Positions 26,406 to 39,860 of a stretch of 64,000 bases of DNA are shown here, piece by piece (position 1 is the stretch's first letter; the number at the start of each line of letters is the position of its first letter). The position numbers and the translations under genes were made by a program. The stretch comes from Paragordius varius (lineage: Eukaryota; Animalia; Nematomorpha). Under the pieces are notes generated by a model. It was given only the letters and a program-made list of their open reading frames with translations, was not told the DNA's origin and did not search any database. The DNA lies in assembly GCA_964247055.1 (NCBI GenBank), contig OZ176054.1:7936001-8000000 (forward strand), read 5' to 3'.

Positions 26406-29400
26406 CTATTCGCACATTCTTCGTGGGCTATGTATAATACCCAAGCCTGGCCTTTGATAGACTTCATATCCCAAAAAATTGATTGCTAATAAATCGGGCA
26501 TTAATTCCACTATTTTGACTAAATCATCATCTATCCACTAAGTTACATAATACTTTTATCATATAAAAAATTAATTTTAGTAAAAACACTAAAATGTTAT
26601 TAAAATTTATGGAAATTTAATAGTCTTTTAAAAAAGCATACATTGTTGCATTGTCGAACATCAAAATAAGTCAATTTTGGTAGTTTTATTGGAATCAAGG
26701 GAATATGGATCCATGTTAATCGATTCAATCCTGCCAATTCCAAGCTTTCTAAATTACTAAAATTATTAAATTAAATTAGGATTTACTGGCAGAATGTAAT
26801 TATATCCAGTATGGCTTCATCATCTAACTCCCAACAAAAACTGAAATTTATTTTCCGTATTTGGTTACCGTATCTACAAGGAATTTACAAATTAAATTGG
26901 AAAATATATTAACACACGTCTATTTGAATTAATTATTTGTTTACATATTAAATAATATCTAAGGCTAACAGTTTTATCAAGGGTGGCCAACCGAGACTCT
27001 ATGTGCGGCCCGCAAAAATTTTAAAATCCAGAAATTATAAAATGCTCACAAATCTTAACAAATTTGATATTTCCTTAACAAATTTTTAAATAACTCAATT
27101 CAAGTGGTCAGAACTAGAAAAAATGCTATACTGTGTTTGCATTTTACAGTTTTATGTTTAAAATCTAATTTCCTTAAAAATGCCCATATATTTTTCAAGT
27201 GCGGCCCGCCAAATTTTTTGAATCAAAAATTTGTGTTGAAGACCCCTTCTTAGACCTTGGGTAACAAATGTTACATATGATGGTGTGCACTCTCATAAAT
27301 TAATTAAATTTTTATTGTATATACCATTTGCACTTCAAGAGTGTCCTTGAACACTTCAAGTTGGTCCTTGAACAATTCAAGTTGGTCCTTGAACAGTTCA
27401 AGTTGGTTCTTGACCAGTTTAAGTTGGTCCTTGAACACTTCAAGTTGGTCCTTTGACTTTTTTGTTTTGTTTTTAATTTTTATCAATCAAATCGTAAATA
27501 ATTCATGTATTTTATTGTTTTTAACATATTTTCTATTATTTACATGAATTTTAAATTGATATCAACTTTTAATCTTTAAGAAACCGTATTTCTTTATCAA
27601 TTTCTTGAAGTTTTGGGTATTTATAAGATTTTAACATGAAATGAAAAAATATATAAGTTTTCTGGGTTATTAATTAAAATTTTTCATTAAAATCTTTTAA
27701 AAGTCAATAATTTTGTTCAATTGAAAAAAAATAGTTTGAAACAAAAAAGTGGTTTTTCAATAAAAATTTTTAATTTTAAATGAATAAATATAAAATAAAT
27801 AAAGAAAATTAGGTTAATAAATAATAAAATAAATGCAAAAATTATGGTTATATTAAAATTTATAAATTTTAAGTACCAACTTGAAATGTTTAAGGACCAA
27901 CTTGAACTGTTCAAGGACCAACTTGAACTGTTCAAGGACCAACTTGAACTGTTCAAGGACCAACTTGAATTGTTCAAGGACACTCTTGAAGTGCAAATGG
28001 TATATTTAAAGGTTGGTTGTGTTTTAATCTTTTATGCTAGAATTTTTCTATCGGTATTAACTTTTTGCTTGAATAAGAACAAGAGATTAATACCAGGTAG
28101 GTTAACCTAATATTATTTTAATTCCTATTTCGTTAAATAACTACCAATATTCTTACTACCACTTTATAATTATAATTTCCATGTATTGTTCCAAAACATT
28201 ATATAATAGCGTAAGTTACGTAATTTTAAATATTAAAATCCGAAATCAATTAAACATTTAATAACTATTCGCGACGATTCTTGTGGCCTGAGGATAACGG
28301 ATAAGCGAGAAATAGGCTCTCTGTAATCGTTGAAGGAATAGGTATAGGATAAAAGAAATTATGTAGCTGAAAACAAGTTAGTCACAAAAAAGAAAAAAGG
28401 TGTGGTTTCTATGCGTCGTTGAGGCTGAATCCAGTATAATTATACATTTACAATAAAAATAATGAAAGTCTGAGATTTTGCATAAATTTTTTTATTAATG
28501 TACGATTTCAGTGTTTTAACCAGACTATTGCACCTTTGAAAAAAACTGCCTCCAAAAAAATGGATACCTGGCGCACATTCTTGATACGACGGTATTTGTA
28601 ACAGCTTTGCATTCGGAAAAGTCAATAATATAAAGATATGGCATAATGTGATCGAAAAAATTGAGAAACCCATTTTCAGTAAATTTTTTACTTCTTGCCA
28701 TTTTCAGATGTTTGATTGTGTCCAACTTCTAAAATATATAATTTATATGATAAGACAAACACTCATTTGTTGTGCATGCAATTTAGAAGTTCAAGGAGTA
28801 AAAGCGTGCTAAGCAGAAAGGCAGCCCAAAAACATAAAGCCATATACAATACCACAATATTGCCCAATGAGACATCGGTTAACTTACAAGCTGTGTGAAT
28901 CAATAAAGTTTCTAGCTTCTTGCAGTTATCTATCACTGATTCTAGTCCATTATCAGTAATATAAGAACCATCGATTTCCAATTTTTTTAAACTAATACCG
29001 CGTTCTCTAGAAAGACACTGTAAACCAATATCAGTAATAGTTGTTATTCCCTTAAGTGTCAGAATTTGAAGTTCGATCAGTGGTGCGGAAAGTGTCGATA
29101 ATGCAAGATCGTTTACATTATCATAATTAAGTTTCAATACATTAAGGTGTTTAAAATGGCCTAAAACGCAGAATGCATCTTCATTTATACACCCACACGC
29201 TTTTAGGTAAAGGATTTGTAAATGAGGACATATCTGAATAAGTAATTCAATAAATAGTTCATCCACACCATGACATCCTGTAACATCTAGCAATTTAAGG
29301 TCATATATGTAAGGAGACATTAGTAATAATTCATCATAATTTAAATTTTCCCTTCCTTTTAATACTAATCGTTGAACACCTACTACCTTTGCGCTTTCTT

Positions 29401-29644
29401 CAGCGTTTTTCAGTTTAAATTTATCTTGAGGGGTAAGAGCCTTGGACATTATTTTGATAATTTTTCCGATTGAAAAACGAGGAAAGGGTTCAAAATCCAA
29501 ATCTCTCCATAACAAAGGGTTATTTGCATATTCATAAAATTGTTTGGATAACGGTGCTATACGGACAGATAGTTCTTGAGGTGTAAAATGTCTTAAAATT
29601 ATATTTATTACATTTGTTGGAAGGTTTTCGATGCTTACCATCAT
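26406..29644 (-). CDS. F-box/LRR-repeat protein (FBXL family), 5 exons, about 428 aa
   Basis: F-box IENLPTNVINIILRHFTPQEL..WRDLDF followed by LRRs. Exons 29644-28853, 28728-28568, 26873-26787, 26756-26642 and 26537-26406 are phase-consistent and end ...LTYFDVRQCNNWIDDDLVKIVELMPDLLAINFLG... Confidence 0.85.
26978..27247. mobile_element. Decayed hAT (Charlie-like) MITE in the FBXL intron
   Basis: Ends CAAGGGTGGCCAAC and reverse-complement AAGGGGTCTTCAAC, with internal GCGGCCCGC motifs. Confidence 0.45.
27322..28002. mobile_element. Foldback-type MITE with modular TIRs built from 21-bp repeats; TA TSD
   Basis: TA|TACCATTTGCACTTCAAGAGTGTCC...GGACACTCTTGAAGTGCAAATGGTA|TA, with about 5 copies of TTCAAGTTGGTCCTTGAACA(G/A) per arm. 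Confidence 0.9.
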
Positions 29645-29738
29645 AAAATTATTAATACTTTTTTAATTAAAAAATAAAGACTGATAAGTAACAATTTTCC
29701 CACATCTTCATATCCCTTTCACCTGACATTGAAAAATC

Positions 29739-32700
29739 ATGAGTGATACAGATTTGCAAGTTTTGAAAGATGTGGCTAATAAATTGAGAATTCATTCAAT
29801 CAAATCTACTAATGCGGCCGGTTCTGGGTATAAAGTTCTTAATATTAAAATAGACATCCAACAAGTTGCTGTTCGTGCGCTGAAATAATGTCCGTTTTAT
29901 TTTTTAACGAAATGCATTATGTCCCTAATGATCCTAGAAATCCCGCAAACGATAAATTTATTTTATCAAAAGGTCATTGTGCACCTATACTTTATGCCTG
30001 TTGGGCCGAAGCTGGACATATACCGGTTGAAAAATTGTTAACTCTACGCAAATTCGATTCCGATTTGGAAGGTCACCCGACACCTGTATTTATATAAAAT
30101 AATTTTTAGATTTTGGATTTTATTGATGTTGCTACCGGATCGCTGGGACAAGGTTTGGCGATAGCTTGTGGGATGGCTTACACGGCAAAATATCTGGAAA
30201 AGCAAAAGTTTATGTTTTTTTAAAAATTTTTAATCCATATATACAGTAAAAAATGAATTTATACAGGCGAAACGTTAAAACTAAAATTTAAATATATAAT
30301 TGAAAAAGAACCATATTAAACCTATAAATCAATAACACTCAATTATAATGATTTAATATTATAATTACACAGTTTATGTGGGAAAAATCGAGGTTTAAAA
30401 AGAATGCTCAACTTTTAAAAAAATTTGTCCTTTAGTTTTTACAATTTATCTACAGTTATTTTTACCGTATTTTCACTACTTTTTTTATACCTAATAATGA
30501 ATTATATTTAGGGCCCCTTCCCGGATTTACTGTTTGATGGGAGATGGTGAATGTGCTGAAGGTAGTATACTTGAAGCGATGAATTTCGCTTCATTTTACA
30601 AACTTGACAATCTGGTTGCCATCATCGATGCCAATCAATTGGGTCAAAGTGGACCAACTCTCATACAAATTGAACACAATGTTGATGGATATGCAAAACG
30701 TGCCGAAGCTTTTGGGTAAAATATTTCATGACTTAACTGATTGATTTGATAATTTAATTTTGTTCATTTGAGCTTTTATAATGAGTTTTCATGCGTTATG
30801 TTCTTTTGCGAGAGCCAACATTGATTCTAAACTGAAATTATGAATTAATTTTAAGTATTTAATCAAGGTTTGCAGGTGATCTGCCGCGTGAATCGCAACT
30901 AATACCAAATATTTCGGGTGCTATAATGGCTTATTATTTAGGGTCTCACCAAATCTGTTATATGATAATCAAATTCATAGGGATATATTCGTTTTGATTT
31001 TTTTCTTTGAGTCAGTATTAAAGACCTTATCAGTCCATTTGATGTTTAATGCCCCACTATACATAACTCAATAAATTTATGACTCATTAATATCATTTTT
31101 ATATTGCGATAATTAACTATGTCCTTGTTTTACCAATTTTTATAAACAAAAATAGTTACATCAGCTCATAGCATTATGGCTATTTGGCCATTTTGTTTGG
31201 TAAATATAATATTTAGAGAAAGATGGAATTGTAACCTCGATATTTACAAAACATTAGATATATCTATTTAAAATTGTTTAAAATTAAATGTTAATGTAAA
31301 ACTTGGTTTGTTTGTTTTTAGCTTCCAAGCCGAAACCATAAATGGTAATAGTGTTGAGGAGTTGTTACGTGCCTTTGATAATGCTCGTGAATGCCGGGAT
31401 AAACCCTATCTGATTGTCGCTAAAACACGTAAGGGTGAAGGCATCGATGCCGTCGTGGGCAAAGAAAATTGGCATGGAAAAGCTTTGGGTGATTTAGCAC
31501 CCAAAGCCATAGAGGAGATTAGTTCACGCATAGTTAATAAGAATTTGCCCATACCGCCCGTCAAGATAAAGACTCCAACTTTCCAGCTTCCCAAACACGA
31601 TTTCACCAAGATCCATGTTAAATTGGCCCAACTCCCGAAATATAAAATGGGGGAAAAGGTAAGTTATTTTTGTTTTTACTACCTCAGAAATATATCTTTT
31701 TGATGAGTATCTTTTATTTAATTTGTGAAGGAATTCGCCATATAATGGCGGTCGGTACACTCTTAAGAATCATTCTTCAATTATTTCGAGATTCGGATAT
31801 TTATATACCTAATTGGCGTTTTTACATCTTTTTCTTATGAAAATGGTTGCTTTTTACATTAATTACATGTTGCTTTTTTGATAACTTTTGACATAAATAT
31901 ATGTGCACATTTAGGTTGCTACACGTATGGCTTATGGTGATGCCCTTGTTAGCCTGGCCGACAATTGTGAATACATTGTAGGTTTGGATGGGGATGTTAA
32001 GAATTCCACCTTCTCCATCAAAATGTACGAAAAATATCCTAAACGCTTCATTGAATGCTACATCGCTGAACAACTTATAGCGGGTGTTTCGGTTGGGTGT
32101 GCCATACGTGATAGGTGTATGCCTTTTGCATCCACCTTCGCATGTTTTTGGAGTCGCGCCTTCGATCAATTCCGTGTAGCTGCTATATCTGGAAGTCGGA
32201 TCAAAGTTTGTGGCAGTCATTGTGGATGCTCTATTGGTGAGTGTTTTTGGTACTTTAACAAATGACTGATAAGTAAATTTTATTATTATTATTATAGCAA
32301 AGATCGTTGTCGATTTATTGCTTTTTCAAAGGATTTTCTCCAGTTTATTCGATTGTAAGCGAGTGCTGTTAGCTGTTAAGAAAGATTGGTTTATTTATTA
32401 TAGTTAAAAGCATAAAACTGATTAAAATTATTATTTAAATTTTATCCTTAGGAGCTTGTAAACATAAAAAAATAACTTAAATTTCTACATTTTTTATTCA
32501 ATTATTATTTTGAACAATTAGATACTACTACTAACAACCAATATTGTTTGTATTTTATTCCACAGATATTATTTGGCTTGTATGTTAAGCTAATTTCAAT
32601 GCACTCATTTCGGTTTACGCCGAAACTTAATAATTTAACTTTACTTATTCTTTATTCTCCTTCATTTCCGTAGGCGAAGACGGGCCATCACAAATGGGTC

Positions 32701-33867
32701 TTGAAGATATCGCCATGTTTCGCACTCTGCCCAAATCACTCGTTATTTATCCCAGTGATGCCGTTTCAACGCACAAAGGACTCGAACTCATGGCTAATTA
32801 CCAGGATGGTGTGTGTTATTTGCGTACTAGTCGCCCAGCCACCCCTGTCATATATTCACCGGAGGAAACGTTTGAAATTGGAAAATCTAAGGTTTATTTT
32901 TGTTTGAATATTTTGGACTATGTACGATTTGAAAGTTACTAGTGGTTAAAATATGGTACATGGGTAAAATTATTTTGTGGGTTTTTTGCCTTGTTTTTTT
33001 TATAAAGTTTGACGTGCATAATTTTATATAAATGCACCTAAAATGTAAATTTTAAATCAGTTATATATTTATTATGTTAGCAACGATATATTTTTTGTGA
33101 TTTCGGATAATGTCAGCAATCGAAAAAAATTTTTGTTGCAAAAAATTATATACCTGAAATACTTTTTAGTCAATCGTTTATTAAAGAAGTATAATTATTA
33201 GGAAACAAAGTGTATTAAAATGTTTTAAAGATATTAATCATATTAATGTTTGATTGTCAAATTTTATTAGATTGTTAAACAAAGCGATAAAGATAAAGTC
33301 ACTATCGTTGGTGCTGGGGTAACTTTGTTTGAAGCTTTAACTGCGGCCGATAAGCTCTCCGCTAAAGGAATCAATGCCTGCATCATTGATTTATTTTGTG
33401 TAAGTTTGGGTTGAAATATATGTTTACAAATTATAATTTATTCATTTTTAAATTTTAGTTTGACAAATTATTGATAATTTGATTGAAAGAACATTTAGTC
33501 AAAAATCTAATTATAAATTAGGTTAAACCGATTGATAGTCAAACCATTTTACAACAAGTCAGAAAGACCGGTGGCAATTTGATTACCGTTGAAGACCATT
33601 ACAGAGAAGGTTTTTTATATACTCAAATAATTGACATACGTTTAATTGTTTCCTAACCAAATTTACAAATTTAATATTTATATAGGTGGTATTGGCGAAG
33701 CAATCAGCTCTGCCCTAGGTATGGAAAAAGATATTCGACACAAAAGTATGTTTGTAACGGGTGTACCTCGTTCTGGGACACCCCATGAAATTATGCAATT
33801 TTTCGGAATCTCCAGTGAAGACATCATCAAAGAGGCAGAAAAGCTGGTGGGTGGTGGTGCTCATTAA
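29739..33867 (+). CDS. TKT: Transketolase, metazoan type, about 10 exons
   Basis: AAGSG|[32 protein letters not shown]|[18 protein letters not shown]-binding GDGE..EG motif, [17 protein letters not shown] and ITVEDHY. Introns of 26 nt and 24 nt are required near the 5' end. Confidence 0.97.
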
Positions 33868-36865
33868 TTGTGCATAAATGATTGTATATATTACAATATT
33901 TGGCTCACACCTTTTCTGTCATCTTATACGTGATATGACACATTTATCCTAGTTATTTTTTACACAAATTAGCCAGTTATAACTCTGTGATCACATTTTA
34001 GCTTTTAAGGTTGTTCATTTATCCATTCATATTCTATTTACTTTACTTTTTAATCCTAGTAGTTACCAAATGACACAATTGTATGTTATTCACAAACTCT
34101 TTCTTTATTTTATTAATTTTTGAGATATCTATGCATATATTAGCTGTATTATTTAGAATCATGCAAATATGTCTTTTTACATTACGACGCTACATTATCA
34201 TTTTGATTATGACTTTTCATTTTTTCACAATCGACGACACATTTGGACCTCTATGTGAAATTATAACGTTTTTTTCTTTACTACCCTACTCTAATTTTTT
34301 AAAATTAATACATGTACCATATTTATATATAAAATCAAGCTCCAAATTAGCCAATTCTACTATCGTAGACAAATATGATCAACATTTGGATTTAATTTTA
34401 GTTAGTTGTCAATAAATAGTTAAATCTTATCTTTTGATTAATATTGTTTTTCTTTTCAAATTATATTTGAGCTAACACCTACGTGTCAATAAGTTTTATC
34501 GGTCTTTAAATGTTAATCAAGGTTAATCAATCTATAAAAACAATTTTTTTAGTTAATAAGAGATTTTATTATTTTTGATAGCCAATTCGTCAGGTGCAGC
34601 AACATTATATAAAAATAAAAGCCAAAAATTTCACTCTAAATACATTTGTATAAACGGTGAAATATTGTTGTCTAAAAACCTACCTACCTATCTACCAATG
34701 CCTTTATTAAATACAATAAAAAAGATACCTAGGTTAATGTGCATCATATTCTGTTTATTAAAAAATGCAACAATTTCGAAAATAGAGCAAAGTAGGCAGA
34801 GTTTTAAAATACAATTTATTCGCATGTTTTTATGTTATATTTCACATTATTATTATCACTATTCTTGTCTTTAGAAGACTTTTTGTTATATAATTTTTAT
34901 TGTTCATATATTTCTCCTTTTCATCCAAAATTTGGTAAATTTTACAAAATTATTACGCCTCATTTAACAACATTATATCTTCTAGTGTTACAATATCCTT
35001 AAAATTCTAAATTACATTTTTCAATATATGGGGATTTTATTTTTATTGTTTGATCCGTATTCAGAAAAATCGAGTTATAAATTAATAGTTGCACATAAAC
35101 GAAATGTACCCATAGATATCCCTACGTATCCCTTGGAGTTGGATCATTATCTCATTAGCGGTTAGTTTATACCACATTTATTTAGCCTTATCTATGTTCA
35201 TTGAATATATTAAAAAAAAAGATATTCCCTAAAAGTCAACAAAAATTCTAATTTATAGCGTTTTCGATTGGGTAGTGTTGGCTAGCCAGCTCAACGAATT
35301 TTTTAAAATATTTTCTAGTTAGGCTTTTATATGCTCTGTCTATCTATACATAAGATTATGCAGTTAAATATAATAATTTAGGTTCCAAAGTTCTATTAAA
35401 CTTTTTTGCTTTATTTTTTAAAAAAAATTAATTTAAAATAATTCATTTTTATCAATATTGGTGAAATGAACGTTTAAATTGCCACAGTTATACTACTATT
35501 GTCTAGCAATCTACAAATTATAATTTTGTATTTATTATGCTTTTATCTAAGTTCAAATATTTAATATTGTTCCCATACATCCTCTATCTTTAAGAATAAT
35601 TATAGCAGGTCTGGTTAAACATAACTACTAATAGCTGAAAAATTGTTTAGATCAGACAAAAACATATACGCCTTTGTGTAAACAAATCTCTTTTTTTCGA
35701 GTTTGGAGATTTTATAATGTTTTTTCGAAAAGGGTTTCAAAAACAACCAAAATTTAGTAATCAGTATATTTTTGATATATAATTATTTGTAATTGGATAT
35801 GGTTTCGAAAAGGCAACGGTAAACTCAACAAATAACATGTACTAAAATTTTAAGGATATATTTACTAATGATAGTCTGTACTTATTAAGTTATCTTATCA
35901 ATATGAATAATATTTCGTCATAATTTATTTAATTTTATTCCTTTACGGTTTATGTTTTAGTTCAAATACTTTTGAAACGATAAAAATTAACGCTTTTTTT
36001 ATTAAGGAAATTTTTAAATGCTTTATTTTTATTATTTTGTTTTCTACTTAATTTTATGGAGAATAAAATTTTGTTACCTTCTCCATGAACTTGACTTATG
36101 CCAAGTCACGCGCATTTTATCTACCTTTTTGATTATATTTTAAAAAAACGGTAATGGTATTTTTTTGTATAATCATTACGATTATCACAAAATTACGATA
36201 AAAATGCAAAATATTTTTGATAATGTAATCAAAATTACCATAATGTTTTATGAATAAGTTAAATAATCGTGAATAAAATTAGTTTTAATGATGACCTTTT
36301 CTGTCAAACCAAAGTGATAACTTTATTAAAGTTTGTTCCAATAATATTATTCGGCATCCGCGACTATGTCTAGATAGCTAAATATTTTACATTTTAAATT
36401 AATTCTAGAATTTATTGGTAGGAATGTTCTTATTATACAAATGTTTAAAATAGATTATACAATTGTGATATAATTTTTCATATACACTGTATAGATTTAG
36501 TTAGTCTTATCTAAAAAACAAATATATAGACCCATATCTAATATGTTTAGGCGTATTAATACAAATAAAAATTGGAATGAAATGTAAGCTCTAAAGAGTA
36601 TTAGCAAAATTACATAATTAACATTTAATTTTAGTTAATAAATAATTTTCTTTAATAGTGATTTAAAAACCAGCTAGCTGTAATCTGAATTGGAAATTTA
36701 TGTATTTAACTTATCAGTAAAGTTAAGATATGCTAAAAATGCTTTTTACGGCATAAAATTTTAATACAAGTGCTATTTTTGATTTTGGTATAAGCGACCA
36801 AAATTTTGTTTATATAAGACGATCTAAACAAGAAAAATCTAAAGAAAATTTTTATTTAATGTTAG

Positions 36866-38500
36866 GTCTTGAAGGCAAAAATGGAAATCTGTCAAAAAAG
36901 ATGGGTCATTCATGTGATTTCCTCAAGCGAAATGCGTTTGGCTTAGATTTGAAAGGGAGATTTGGAGTATTGATAGATGATGATAATAATAACTCTAATC
37001 CAGTATTGCACAGAGGTTCCGAAATTCTATGGCAATTTTTTGATCAAAACAATTTAACAACAGGTACTAAAAACAGTAATAAAATGGATTATTCTGCCAT
37101 GTCAAAGTATATCACTGACTTAAATTCCTTACTAAACAGTTATAACCAATTCCAACCATTTCAAATAGTTGTTGGACAATTGGGATCCTATTATGGTCCG
37201 GGATTAAAGAACTCATCATCAACTAAAATTAATGTAATACTACTTTCAGCCTTATATCAATTAAGCATTTTTTATAAAAATTTGTAAATGTAGCTTTTTA
37301 AAAAATAATATATTGTACTTCGACAATTTTTTAGAGTAATCGAGAACCAGGTAACATTTACAAAGACTAGCTTAATTATACCCTGTGTTAATATGAAAAA
37401 AAATTCATGTGTCACATTTGCATAAAAAAATTAAAAAATATTAAATTTATCCAACACTTTTCTTGGCAAAGCGTTCTTTATATATAATATACTAAAACCT
37501 TCTTATTATTTCTAATATATATATCAATAATTCAAATAAAACGCTTATTGTAGAAAAAAACCATATTGCATGATTCGGGTTACGAAGATGCGATATCGTC
37601 TTCAAACGATGATGTAACCAACAGTGCTAATAGTAAAAATTACGAAAGTTGGCGCTTGGATTATATTAATACCCATGCAAACATAAGAGAGCAATTGTCA
37701 CCAGGAAATATATATACTTTTTCTAGTTCTGGAAAGAAGTCTACAAAATTTTATGATTCCGATTATGAAGCTAATATTGCCAAGGGGAAAGAGAAATTTG
37801 CACAGATCATACAAGAATATGGTCAACATCCAAGACACAATTGCAAATTGGTTAAAGAAATGTTAAATTTGATGAAAAGCGATGAATAGTAATTTTTATC
37901 CTATTTTTTTTAAATAGAGTCCATGTTTATATATTTTTTCATTTAATGTGTTATAAGTAATTTTTGTGGTTAAAGCTAGAAAACTTATTGATTTTGATAA
38001 AGTTTGCATTATCCAACATTATATTTCTTTAGAGAACAGCCAAAAAAACTATTAAATCAAATATGATTTGTCAGGTTTTGTTTTTTTATGACTCCCAACC
38101 GTAACAGTTCTTTTCGCTTAATTAATATAGTTTTATTTAACATTCGAACTCTTTATTGAAATAAAAAGTATTATAGCGTCGTCTTTTATAAAAGTATTAT
38201 CATCATCCTAAATATTTAATTTTCTAAATTATTAATTAATATGATAGCCCAGAAAAATGTTTGCAAGATGAATCATCATCAGTTATAGCGCAACATATCT
38301 CCAAAAATATGGATAGAAATGTATCCACGCAAAAATTGACTGTTAATAGAGACTCTCTCTCCATAATTAGCTTACTGGTAATTGACAATTTCGAAAATGT
38401 TGATGTAATAGAAGCTAGACAAGAACTGCAAGGAAATATAGGAGATATATGGAATCCAACCCGTTATTCTTTTAATCTTCGATACGGCAAACATTTATAA
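36866..38500 (+). CDS. Unassigned multi-exon protein (exons about 36866-37233, 37554 to about 37860, 38248-38500); 5' exons probably at 35.0-35.8 kb
   Basis: Three open, coding-like blocks with AG/GT ends that can be joined in phase. No family recognised. Confidence 0.5.
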
Positions 38501-39049
38501 ACATGAGAGTACCTCTCGGAAAACCTAAGTTTTTTAATTTTCAAAAGATGATTTATAGTCATGATTTCTAGTCTTAAAGCTAATGCCAAAAATTATTATA
38601 TTGTTTTATTTATATAATATTTATTTACTTATTAAATAAACCAAATGATTCGAATAATATGAAAAAATAATCATTCTTAGATTGTAAAAGTTTCAACTGT
38701 TATTATTTGCAAATAAATTTGCTCTGCTATGCTGTTTGTAAATAGAAACATTTTTTAAAAAAATTTCTGCTTTTAAGAAAAAGATAGCAACGCACCAACC
38801 TTTTATATATTAATAAATGAAGGCCTTATTTTCGGAAAAACGTGTAAGCCCATTTATCAAAAGTGTATATTTTTATTTAGCCCCCCTCCCCCGTTTTCAA
38901 TTTATCCCCTAAAACCTTGTAAAATCACATTTTTGTTGCAAAAAATAGCCATTAAAAATAAATTTTTAAATAATTGCGCAATGTTATGAGACTGTAGCGT
39001 TTCAATTAAAAGGAAAAAAAAAATATTAATGACTTTTTTTTGAATTAGC

Positions 39050-39860
39050 CACTCGGCACTCTAGGCAAAACGCGTCACCATACATAGCTTTGAAGCATAT
39101 TTTGCCCAAGTTATAAAACTATACAAATCAATAATGTTCTTAGGTACTTCGCGTATTAAGGCGGATGTTTTAGTTAGTCTTTTTTTAATATTAAAGCACC
39201 ACTACATAAACAACGTGACTTTGAAATGAGACCATATAGAATCAATAAATGTTTAGCTATTTAGAGTATAAAGGCAATTGAGTCGTAGAAGCAAATTCCT
39301 GTAAAGACCCCCTAGGTCATGTTAATCAAATTGTTTTTACTAAAAAACTGAAAATTTTAATTCAGCGCGTTTAGCCGCTGATTAGGGCACCACGCCTTAA
39401 TAAAATATGCCACAGTGTTAAAATTACCTAGATTTGATACTAATTTTTGGTAATCCAAATGGTGAATTTAATAATAGTTTTTGTCATTTTCATTATCAAA
39501 AATATAAAGCGATTTTCTTTAATTAAATGCTGTATAGGGCTCCACGCTTTGTAAAATATGCCACCATAAAAAAATAACCTGACTTTGAAGCTTTTACAAA
39601 AAGTTGTGATACTTAATGAATAAAAATTATCTATGGAAAGGTAAAAATTCTAAGCCACACTTTTTAACCCATGGAACCTAGTCAACCTCTGTAAAATGCG
39701 CAATATAAAAGTATCGTGGCTTTGAAGCTATTTTCAGAAAATCTTTGAAACCGAATGGGTTCAAGATAATTTTGGTCCAGCGCTTTTTAAACGCTAAGCA
39801 GGACTCCTCCCTCTGTAAACTTGGCCACTATAAACAAATAATGTGGTTTGATGGTTATTG
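39050..39860. repeat. Degenerate tandem units of about 140-190 bp
   Basis: A motif like GC(A/T)CCAC..TGTAAAATATGCCAC...GACTTTGAAGC recurs at about 39055, 39195, 39385, 39537, 39680 and 39800. Confidence 0.45.

Noticed and set aside
27341-28110. ORFs with heptad repeats (KDQLELF / SWSLNSS) and a CRISPR-like look
   Set aside because: They are translations of the 21-bp MITE units. The repeats abut with no unique spacers, there are no cas genes, and the DNA is eukaryotic.
28546-28567. A 22-nt intron that would end FBXL at 28440
   Set aside because: Splicing from the same donor to 26873 gives a much better LRR continuation through three more phase-consistent exons. The short form could only be a minor isoform.
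35228-35234. In-frame TAA as a sign of stop-codon reassignment
   Set aside because: All well-supported genes here read through with the standard code and end at TAA/TAG. One uncertain exon is not evidence.
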